The translations under genes were made by a program, and so were the position numbers. The notes beneath the pieces were generated by a model. The model was not told where the DNA came from. It was given only the letters and a program-made list of their open reading frames with translations, and did not search any database. 24,936 bases of DNA from a virus (lineage: Duplodnaviria > Caudoviricetes), in the IMG/VR virus record IMGVR_UViG_3300020727_000549, positions 1-24,936 of that record; one strand, written 5' to 3'. Shown here in pieces: positions 16,838-23,560 of the stretch. Numbering within the stretch: position 1 is the stretch's first letter; every line of letters begins with the position of its first letter.

Positions 16838-17317
16838 ATGTCTAAAAAATTTATATCAACAAAAGAATATTCACATTTAGCCCCAGTGGCATATCGTCAA
16901 TGGAGGGCCGACAGTCATTGTAATCTCGTCCATGGTTACGCACTATCATTCAAATTTGAATTTGAGTGTGATGACCTTGACGCTCGTAATTGGTGTTTTG
17001 ACTATGGTGGTTTACGCCCACTTAAGGACTTTTTAGAAGAACACTTCGATCATGTTCTACTATTGGCTCAAGATGATCCTCACTATGATACCATCAAGCA
17101 GTTAGGTGAATTAGGTTTGGCAAAAATTACAGAAGTAGAAAAGACAGGATGCGAGGGCATTGCTGATTTTCTATACGAGTATGTGAATACTATCTTCTTG
17201 CCAAGTTGCGGTAAGTCTGAAGCAGACCGTGTTTGGTGTTCAAAAGTTGAAGTCAGAGAAACTCCATCAAATATGGCTTATCGCCAAGGTCACCGCGAAG
17301 ATGGTGAATTTATTTAA
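16838..17317 (+). CDS. queD: 6-carboxy-5,6,7,8-tetrahydropterin synthase / 6-pyruvoyl-tetrahydropterin synthase family
   Basis: HCNLVHGY, DYGGL, FDH, TGCEGIA and VEVRETPSN motifs. Confidence 0.9.
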   Translation: MSKKFISTKEYSHLAPVAYRQWRADSHCNLVHGYALSFKFEFECDDLDARNWCFDYGGLRPLKDFLEEHFDHVLLLAQDDPHYDTIKQLGELGLAKITEVEKTGCEGIADFLYEYVNTIFLPSCGKSEADRVWCSKVEVRETPSNMAYRQGHREDGEFI

Positions 17318-18008
17318 GTAACGATTTTTCTAACGCTTTCAACCGTTTAGTTTCTGAAATTTTTCGTTTAGTTTCGTCTGACATTGGTTTTCCTTTGTTA
17401 GGCGGAACTGATCCTTTTTTAGAGTTAGAAATTTTTCTTTTCTGTGCATCAGTCATTGGCCCTTTCAGTCTCCCTCTTTGAAATTCTGAAATCTTTTTCT
17501 TTGCTTCTTCCGTCATAGGTGCCCGACACTTTCCCATTTTACCTTTGGAAATATTTTTGCATTCTTCCACTGATTTAATTCTACCGATTGACGATTTAGA
17601 AATTTTTTGTTTGGTTTCGTCTGATTGGGCTCTTCCTGGCCTTCCTTTTTGAGCATTTGATATTTTCTGTTTAGTTTCAGAAGAATGAGATTTAACCCTA
17701 AATCTTTTCTTTCCATAATGACAGTTTGTGTTCATCAACAACGGATTATTCCAGTGTTCGTTTATGAGTGATTGTTCAAAATCATAAGCAGAATCATGGT
17801 CATAAAATTCCGCAAGGATGAGCCAAGTGAAGTTATCAAAATTTGGTTTTACAATTTTAGAAGATGTTCTATATTCCGGGAAGTCTACATGCGATGGTTT
17901 GTTTAACTTAACATTCTTGACTCTGTAACCAATATAGAACTCATTGGTTGTTTTATTGACACACATATAAACATATGGCATCGCTTTGGTTGATGTATAA
18001 ATATTCAT
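17310..18008 (-). CDS. Free-standing GIY-YIG homing endonuclease with about six NUMOD3 repeats
   Basis: PYVYMC...FYIGYR, YRTSS and AYDFEQSLI motifs; repeats HSSETKQKIS, QSDETKQKIS, KSVEECKNIS, MTEEAKKKIS, MTDAQKRKIS, MSDETKRKIS. Confidence 0.88.
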   Translation of the reverse strand: MNIYTSTKAMPYVYMCVNKTTNEFYIGYRVKNVKLNKPSHVDFPEYRTSSKIVKPNFDNFTWLILAEFYDHDSAYDFEQSLINEHWNNPLLMNTNCHYGKKRFRVKSHSSETKQKISNAQKGRPGRAQSDETKQKISKSSIGRIKSVEECKNISKGKMGKCRAPMTEEAKKKISEFQRGRLKGPMTDAQKRKISNSKKGSVPPNKGKPMSDETKRKISETKRLKALEKSLLK

Positions 18009-18075
18009 GCTGATGTTGCCTTATAACATTAGAGTAGTTGGGAATTCCACTTCCGCGAACTACACTTTTATTTAT
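17997..18075 (-). ncRNA. Conserved structured leader of the GIY-YIG gene (copy 2), including a TAAATA promoter
   Basis: Minus-strand ATAAATAAAAGTGTAGTTCGCGGAAGTGGAATTCCCAACTACTCTAATGTTATAAGGCAACATCAGCATGAATATTTAT; stems GTAGTT/AACTAC, GGAA/TTCC and ATGTT/AACAT. Confidence 0.65.
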
Positions 18076-18085
18076 CCCAATCCTA

Positions 18086-18115
18086 TTGACAAAAGTTCTA
18101 TAATTGTTGTATAAT
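18086..18115 (+). promoter_or_regulatory. sigma70-type promoter
   Basis: TTGACA-18 nt-TATAAT. Confidence 0.75.
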
Positions 18116-18140
18116 CAATCAACAAGGAATATTATTACCT

Positions 18141-18371
18141 ATGAACGAACAGAAGATAAAACAACTTACCGAACAGGCTAACTTATCTGCCGATAAAACA
18201 TATCAATTTGATCCCAAAGATGGATTCAAAATTCAAGAATGGGATAAGATCCGTTTGGCTAAGTTTGCTGAACTAATCATCAACGAATGTTTAGATGTTG
18301 CCAACGACACACGATATGATGGCAAGGTAGTTGCCAACCGTATCAAGTTTGTTTTTGGAGTTGAAGAATGA
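18141..18371 (+). CDS. Hypothetical protein (probable paralogue of 14708-14974)
   Basis: MNEQKIKQLTEQA...KFAELIINECL...IKFVFGVEE. Confidence 0.75.
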   Translation: MNEQKIKQLTEQANLSADKTYQFDPKDGFKIQEWDKIRLAKFAELIINECLDVANDTRYDGKVVANRIKFVFGVEE

Positions 18372-18673
18372 TTGATTATTACCAAGCACTAAGAGAAATG
18401 CACCAGGGCAATGTAGTCAAATATGTTGGCACAGTTAATGGAAATGTAATGAGCGACAATGGTGCCAGTTTCTGTATGTGTCGTGGTTGTATTTTTCTAT
18501 TTGACGATGGAGTAATCAAATGGAACAAGTTGGGCTATATGGTTTACGATCCAGACTTTCGTTATGAACTCACAGGCGAAACAGTTGATCCTAGAGCATG
18601 GAAACCAGAGAAGAAAAGCAGGGAACTCAAGTCAAAGTTAGGTTATAGTAGAATAGGATTAAAAAATGTTTAA
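18368..18673 (+). CDS. Hypothetical protein
   Basis: ATGA-coupled 101-aa ORF with FCMCRGC. Confidence 0.75.
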   Translation: MIDYYQALREMHQGNVVKYVGTVNGNVMSDNGASFCMCRGCIFLFDDGVIKWNKLGYMVYDPDFRYELTGETVDPRAWKPEKKSRELKSKLGYSRIGLKNV

Positions 18674-18785
18674 CGCAAGGTTAGAACAACGTCTATGGTG
18701 CTATCGTGTAGAAGTTCGTGAGACACAGGCCAATATGGCGTTCCGTGAAGGTCACCGCGAGTGGAACGAGGACTTGTTCGCTTAA
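18666..18785 (+). pseudogene. queD: queD C-terminal fragment (39-aa ORF)
   Basis: MFNARLEQRLWCYRVEVRETQANMAFREGHREWNEDLFA*; 17 of 24 residues are identical to the QueD C-terminus. Confidence 0.8.
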
Positions 18786-18788
18786 TGT

Positions 18789-19001
18789 ATGGACTTGGCA
18801 CGATTACTGGCCCGCTTGGTAGCAGGCATTATCAGCGTAGTAGATGCTAGTAATTTGCGTAATCGTGTCTACACCATAGAAAACGAACACGAACTCATGT
18901 GGACTGCCTTAGACGACATCGCTCGTATGTATAAAGATCATCCCAGCGGTGCTATGGCAGAACGCACATTAAAAAAAATAAAAAAGAAGTATGGTAGATA
19001 A
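18789..19001 (+). CDS. Hypothetical protein
   Basis: 70-aa ORF in the operon. Confidence 0.6.
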   Translation: MDLARLLARLVAGIISVVDASNLRNRVYTIENEHELMWTALDDIARMYKDHPSGAMAERTLKKIKKKYGR

Positions 19002-19158
19002 ACTTTGGCGACTATGGGCCAAGGCTCTAGGTGAAAAAGCAGGCAGCACAGACAAAGAATCTGATCGAATTGCTTGCGTTCGTACCGTAATTGTGTTATC
19101 ATATATTTTAACCAACTGCTTTATTGTAGCAGGTGTTATACGTCATTGGAATCAATAA
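18991..19158 (+). CDS. Small membrane protein (55 aa, not in ORF track)
   Basis: MVDKLWRLWAKALGEKAGSTDKESDRIACVRTVIVLSYILTNCFIVAGVIRHWNQ*; one hydrophobic helix. From recall, it resembles small conserved proteins of T4-like aquatic phages. Confidence 0.75.
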   Translation: MVDKLWRLWAKALGEKAGSTDKESDRIACVRTVIVLSYILTNCFIVAGVIRHWNQ

Positions 19159-19159
19159 A

Positions 19160-19642
19160 ATGAAAATCGGGTTTAATTGTAGTAGTTTTGATCTACTCCA
19201 TGCCGGGCATGTGACCATGCTCAAAATGGAGAAACAACTCTGTGACTATTTGATTGTGGCACTACAGATCGATCCTACAATTGATCGTCCGGGTACCAAA
19301 AATAAACCTGTACAAAGTGCCTATGAACGCTATGTCCAATTACAAGCCTGCAAGTATGTAGATGAAATTCTTATCTACGAAACCGAATACGATTTATTAC
19401 AATTGCTAATGACACAAAAGATTGATATTCGATTTTTAAGTGAAGAATATTTAAATAGAGATTTTACAGGCAAGCAATGGTGTATGAATAACGGTATTGA
19501 ATTATACTATCATAAACGACAGCACGACTATAGTTCTAGCGAACTTCGAGCAAGAACTGCCAAATTAGAAAATGCCAAAGACAAAGATTCAAATAAGGCA
19601 TTACCACAATATAGTCCAGAATTAATTAGAGCCCCAAAATGA
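19160..19642 (+). CDS. Cytidylyltransferase (TagD/RfaE-like)
   Basis: SFDLLHAGH (HxGH), [14 protein letters not shown] and YSSSELR motifs; ATG at 19160. Confidence 0.88.
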   Translation: MKIGFNCSSFDLLHAGHVTMLKMEKQLCDYLIVALQIDPTIDRPGTKNKPVQSAYERYVQLQACKYVDEILIYETEYDLLQLLMTQKIDIRFLSEEYLNRDFTGKQWCMNNGIELYYHKRQHDYSSSELRARTAKLENAKDKDSNKALPQYSPELIRAPK

Positions 19643-20565
19643 AAAAAATATTAGTAACCGGCGGTGCCGGATTTCTCGGATCACATCTTAGTGAACGATT
19701 GGTAAAACAAGGACATCATGTTCTGTGTGTAGACAACTACTTTACAGGTAGTAAGAAGAACATTGAACACCTGCTCAAGTTTCCAAACTTTGAAGTTATT
19801 CGACAAGATATCTGTATCCCGTTATATGTTGAAGTAGATGAGATTTATAATCTTGCCTGTCCAGCAAGTCCACAACACTACCAACATGACCCGATTCAAA
19901 CAATGAAAACATCAGTGATTGGTGCGTTCAATATGTTAGGATTGGCCAAACGTACTGGTGCTCGAATCCTGCAGGCTAGTACTAGCGAGTGTTACGGCGA
20001 TCCAACTGTACATCCACAGCCTGAAGGTTATTGGGGTAATGTAAATCCAATTGGCATTCGCTCTTGCTATGACGAGGGCAAACGTGCCGCAGAAACTCTG
20101 TTTATGGATTATCACCGAAAGCACGGAGTTAATACCAAAATCATGCGTATCTTTAATACCTATGGTCCCAGAATGGCCGAAGGTGACGGACGTGTGGTCA
20201 GTAATTTTATTGTGCAGGCTCTACGTGGCGAAAACATTACTGTCTATGGCGAAGGCGATCAAACTCGTAGTTTTTGCTACTTTGAAGATAACCTAGACGG
20301 TATGATGGCACTGATGGACAGTGACTATCATGAACCAGTCAACATCGGTAATCCTGGTGAGTTCACTATCAAGGAATTAGCTGAAAAGGTCATCAAATTA
20401 ACTAAAAGTAAAAGCAAGATTGTCTTTATGGATTTACCCAAAGATGATCCAAAACAGCGTAAACCCGATATTACACTGGCCAAGGCGTTATTAGATTGGG
20501 GACCGAAAGTTAAATTAGACAAAGGCCTAGTTAAAACCATTGACTATTTTCGTAAGATCGTGTAA
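19639..20565 (+). CDS. UDP-glucuronate decarboxylase (UDP-xylose synthase)-like SDR
   Basis: [59 protein letters not shown] and [10 protein letters not shown] motifs. Confidence 0.92.
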   Translation: MKKILVTGGAGFLGSHLSERLVKQGHHVLCVDNYFTGSKKNIEHLLKFPNFEVIRQDICIPLYVEVDEIYNLACPASPQHYQHDPIQTMKTSVIGAFNMLGLAKRTGARILQASTSECYGDPTVHPQPEGYWGNVNPIGIRSCYDEGKRAAETLFMDYHRKHGVNTKIMRIFNTYGPRMAEGDGRVVSNFIVQALRGENITVYGEGDQTRSFCYFEDNLDGMMALMDSDYHEPVNIGNPGEFTIKELAEKVIKLTKSKSKIVFMDLPKDDPKQRKPDITLAKALLDWGPKVKLDKGLVKTIDYFRKIV

Positions 20566-20568
20566 AAT
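20540..20568 (+). promoter_or_regulatory. sigma70-type promoter ahead of a 13-codon mini-ORF
   Basis: TTGACT-17 nt-TAAAAT; ATG at 20575. Confidence 0.55.
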
Positions 20569-20612
20569 AATACTATGACGATGTGTACATTAGAACAGAA
20601 AGTAATTAATGA

Positions 20613-21392
20613 TTAAGACCAACGGGTTGTAATCATTCCTTTCTTCCAACCTTTAAAAATATAACTATCCAGTTCGTCTTTAGAAATTCGAAGATTATCA
20701 ACATCATTGTTTACCCATGCGGCTCCTTTTTTAACAGGAGCCCATTTCTTTTTAATCCAACCAGCAGATAATTTCGCTGAAAGTTCATTAATTTCACACA
20801 AACTATATTCATCTGACTCGGGATGAAAAATCCAAACTTTTCCATGCGTAGGCGATTTAGGAAGCCCCTTATTCCAACCGATATCGATATAATTTTGTAA
20901 TTCAGCGGGCATTATCATTCGTTTTTCGTCATCTTTAAATACCCAGACAGTATTAGATGTAGAAGACATATTTCGTCCGATTACCCATCCCTCCTGTAGC
21001 ATACTAGGAATGGCATTAGGGTGAACGGCACACCTTTTTCCAGATTCCGGATGGTGTAAATGTTTAAGGCCAGTAGTTCCTTTATTATAACCGCCAAAGC
21101 CTCCCTCGACTATATTATATACATCGGATCTTTTTAAGAACTCTTCATTTACGATCTCAGCTTCTTTATTAAACATTTTTTCCGGAGTATCAAATATATG
21201 AAGGATATCTCTTTTAAAATTTTTAATACCGTACTTATTTACAGCCATCGTAATTCGATGGCCAGACCCAATGTATCCGTCGTCTAATAAATCTGTAGAG
21301 TGTGCTCCTACATAAATCATATTGTTTATGATGTTAGTAGTCTGATAAACAATATGGAACTTTCTTTTGGATTGTTTAATTATATTTGCCAT
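20613..21392 (-). CDS. Free-standing Seg-like GIY-YIG endonuclease
   Basis: IVYQTTNIINNMIYVGAHST, YIGSG, KYGIKNFKRDIL and YNIVEGGFGG motifs; about four C-terminal GW-containing repeats. Confidence 0.85.
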   Translation of the reverse strand: MANIIKQSKRKFHIVYQTTNIINNMIYVGAHSTDLLDDGYIGSGHRITMAVNKYGIKNFKRDILHIFDTPEKMFNKEAEIVNEEFLKRSDVYNIVEGGFGGYNKGTTGLKHLHHPESGKRCAVHPNAIPSMLQEGWVIGRNMSSTSNTVWVFKDDEKRMIMPAELQNYIDIGWNKGLPKSPTHGKVWIFHPESDEYSLCEINELSAKLSAGWIKKKWAPVKKGAAWVNNDVDNLRISKDELDSYIFKGWKKGMITTRWS

Positions 21393-21397
21393 TAGGG

Positions 21398-21433
21398 TTG
21401 ATTCTTTTCAAATTTTGTTGTATAATATATTTA
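21398..21433. promoter_or_regulatory. Overlapping divergent promoters: sigma70 (+, for uvsE) and TAAATA (-, for the endonuclease)
   Basis: TTGATT(21398)-17 nt-TATAAT(21421); TATTTA at 21428-21433. Confidence 0.6.
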
Positions 21434-21459
21434 TGTGTTTGCTTGTAAATGGATAAAAT

Positions 21460-22491
21460 ATGACTATTAAACGGCTGGGGTTTTGTTGCAAATGGATCGA
21501 TCATGCAGAACAGGTAGATGGCATCAAAGCCACAGATGATGCCAAACAATACAATACCGGTAGTACTACAGTGTCCTGGCTTAACCGCCAAACTGTAGAA
21601 GAAGCCGAACAACGTCTGTGGGACCTCATGGTCCAAAACATTGAATCAACTCGCAAGTTGGTAGAAAGAGTAGGATCACTTGATCAACATTTACGCATGG
21701 TACGGATTAGCAGTGATATACTTCCTGTTTATACTCACGATGATTGGAAGTATTTTTGGCTACGCCCGGACGTTGTTGCTTACTGCGAAAAGCACTTTGG
21801 AGAAGTCGGCGATACAGCTCGTTGCTTCAATGTGCGTCTTAGCTTCCACCCTGGCCAATATACTGTCCTGGCTAGTAACAATCCGGGGATTGTCCAACGC
21901 TCTATAGAAGAATTTGAGTATCACACTGACATGGCTCGTTGGATGGGCTATGGTAAAACATTCCAAGATCTTAAAATTAACATACATATTGGCGGCCGTG
22001 AAGGCCCCGAAGGCATCCGTAGGGCCTATTCTAAACTTACGCCCGAAGCAAGAAATTGCATTACCATCGAAAACGAGGAGATTAGTTATGGACTTAGTGA
22101 TTGTTTATCTATTAGTGATTTGGTTCCTATCACAGTTGACCTGCATCACCATTGGCTGCATGAAGGAGAATACCTCCGACACAATGATCCTATGGTTCAA
22201 AAGATCGTTGATAGTTGGCGTGGGGTGCGGCCTACTTGCCATTATTCTCTTAGCAGGACAGATTACTTGGTGGATCATTCAGTTTCTGTACTACCTGATT
22301 ATCTACATTTGATCGAATCTGGCTACAAGCGACAAAAGTTACGTGCTCATTCGGACTTCTATTGGAATATTGCTGCCAATGAATATGCATTAGGATTCTT
22401 AGACCAATTTGATATAATGTGTGAATGCAAGTCAAAGAACCTTGGTTCATTTGCTCTTGCTGAATATGCTAAACAATTAGGTGTTCTTTAA
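21460..22491 (+). CDS. uvsE: UV damage endonuclease
   Basis: RLGFCC, RISSDILP, RLSFHPGQY, NIHIGG, IENEE, DLHHHW, RAHSD and DIMCECKSKN motifs. Confidence 0.92.
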   Translation: MTIKRLGFCCKWIDHAEQVDGIKATDDAKQYNTGSTTVSWLNRQTVEEAEQRLWDLMVQNIESTRKLVERVGSLDQHLRMVRISSDILPVYTHDDWKYFWLRPDVVAYCEKHFGEVGDTARCFNVRLSFHPGQYTVLASNNPGIVQRSIEEFEYHTDMARWMGYGKTFQDLKINIHIGGREGPEGIRRAYSKLTPEARNCITIENEEISYGLSDCLSISDLVPITVDLHHHWLHEGEYLRHNDPMVQKIVDSWRGVRPTCHYSLSRTDYLVDHSVSVLPDYLHLIESGYKRQKLRAHSDFYWNIAANEYALGFLDQFDIMCECKSKNLGSFALAEYAKQLGVL

Positions 22492-22498
22492 ACTCAGA

Positions 22499-22529
22499 GA
22501 AAAGAAAAGCCCCTTAATGGGGCTTTCTT
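22499..22529. terminator. Bidirectional intrinsic terminator
   Basis: A-tract-AAAGCCCC-TTAAT-GGGGCTTT-CTT between convergent genes. Confidence 0.85.
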
Positions 22530-22542
22530 ACGTGCTAAAGAA

Positions 22543-22911
22543 TTAAACCTTCTTTGAACGAGCAGTACGAGCTGCTGGCTTCTTAGCAGCAGGTGCCTTA
22601 GCAGGTGCTTTTGCCTTAGGAGCAGCAGCTTTAGCTTTGACAACTTTAGCTGGCTTTTCAGCAGGAGCAGCTTTAGGAGTACGTGGCTTACGAGTTTTCT
22701 TAGCAGGTGCAGCTTCTACAACTGGTGCAGCTTCAACAATCGGAGCAGCTTCTGCAACTGTTTCAGCAACAACTTCTTTAACTTGTTCTGCAGGAGCAGG
22801 AGTTTCAAGTTTGTAAGGTGCTGTAGATTCAGCTGTTTTAGTTGCAGACTTACGAACAAAGATGAAGTAGGCCAAGGCTGCGAAAACAATAATTCCAATG
22901 ATAATTTCCAT
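22543..22911 (-). CDS. Membrane-anchored Ala/Lys/Pro-rich protein with a histone H1-like tail
   Basis: N-terminal TM IIIGIIVFAALAYFIFV, then KAPAKAPAAKKPAA repeats; SD AAGGA; TAAATA on the - strand at 22947-22952. Confidence 0.8.
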   Translation of the reverse strand: MEIIIGIIVFAALAYFIFVRKSATKTAESTAPYKLETPAPAEQVKEVVAETVAEAAPIVEAAPVVEAAPAKKTRKPRTPKAAPAEKPAKVVKAKAAAPKAKAPAKAPAAKKPAARTARSKKV

Positions 22912-22946
22912 GATACAAATTCCTTTACGTAAAAAAATTATACTAG

Positions 22947-22966
22947 TATTTAACCATCACTAAATA
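22947..22966. promoter_or_regulatory. Back-to-back TAAATA late-type promoters
   Basis: TATTTA (22947-22952) and TAAATA (22961-22966) lie between divergent genes. Confidence 0.55.
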
Positions 22967-22989
22967 TCACTACATAAAAAGCGAGTGTT

Positions 22990-23559
22990 ATGTTAGAAAT
23001 TAATCCCAACCCCCTTAAGAAGTTATTCATTGTAGATAACTTTTATTCCGATCCCCACAGTGTTAGAAGATTTGCATTAGGCGTTAACTACGCAGCCGAT
23101 ATAAGATTTTATAAAGGCATTAGGTCAACTGAAGCATATCATCCTCCGGGAATTGTAGAAGCTTTTGAAAATATCATTGGAGAGAAAATTAATAATTTTG
23201 CTCCCGATAGTCCCAACGGGTGTTTTCAAATTACCACAGCAAACGATCCGCAGGTATATCATCATGACCTACAAAAGTGGGCAGCTATGATCTATCTTAC
23301 TCCTGATGCTCCACTACAAAGCGGAACTCGTACTCATCGTTCAAATGTATCAGGATCCATGCGAGCAGATGACCTAGGAATCAAACAAGCATTCACTGGC
23401 GGGTTTTTAGATGCTACCAAGTTTGACACTGTGGATTCTGCAGGTAATGTCTACAATAGATTAGTCATTATGGATGCACAAAGCATTCATTCTGCTGGTA
23501 CTTACTTCGGACAAAATAACAACGATGGTAGACTAGTCCATCTTTTCTTCTTTGATTAA
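22990..23559 (+). CDS. 2OG-Fe(II) oxygenase-like protein (DUF6445-like)
   Basis: IVDNFYSDP, YHHD (HxD), WAAMIYLTPDAP..SGT, YNRLVI, HSA and RLVHLFFFD motifs. Confidence 0.75.
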   Translation: MLEINPNPLKKLFIVDNFYSDPHSVRRFALGVNYAADIRFYKGIRSTEAYHPPGIVEAFENIIGEKINNFAPDSPNGCFQITTANDPQVYHHDLQKWAAMIYLTPDAPLQSGTRTHRSNVSGSMRADDLGIKQAFTGGFLDATKFDTVDSAGNVYNRLVIMDAQSIHSAGTYFGQNNNDGRLVHLFFFD

Positions 23560-23560
23560 T

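Larger units (their letters stand above)
17228..18689. mobile_element. 1462-bp endonuclease cassette flanked by a diverged direct duplication of the queD 3' end
   Basis: queD codons 17228-17299 are repeated in diverged form at 18690-18761. The interval holds a GIY-YIG gene, its leader, an outward promoter and two cargo ORFs. Boundaries are approximate. Confidence 0.6.

Noticed and set aside
17330-17700. Periodic repeats as a possible CRISPR or other DNA array
   Set aside because: They are degenerate, in-frame NUMOD3 protein repeats; no constant repeat-spacer structure was seen anywhere in the window.
17228-18689. Group I intron or intein interrupting queD
   Set aside because: queD is already complete upstream, the endonuclease is antisense, the interval holds promoters and cargo genes, and no P/Q/R/S core or intein motifs are visible.
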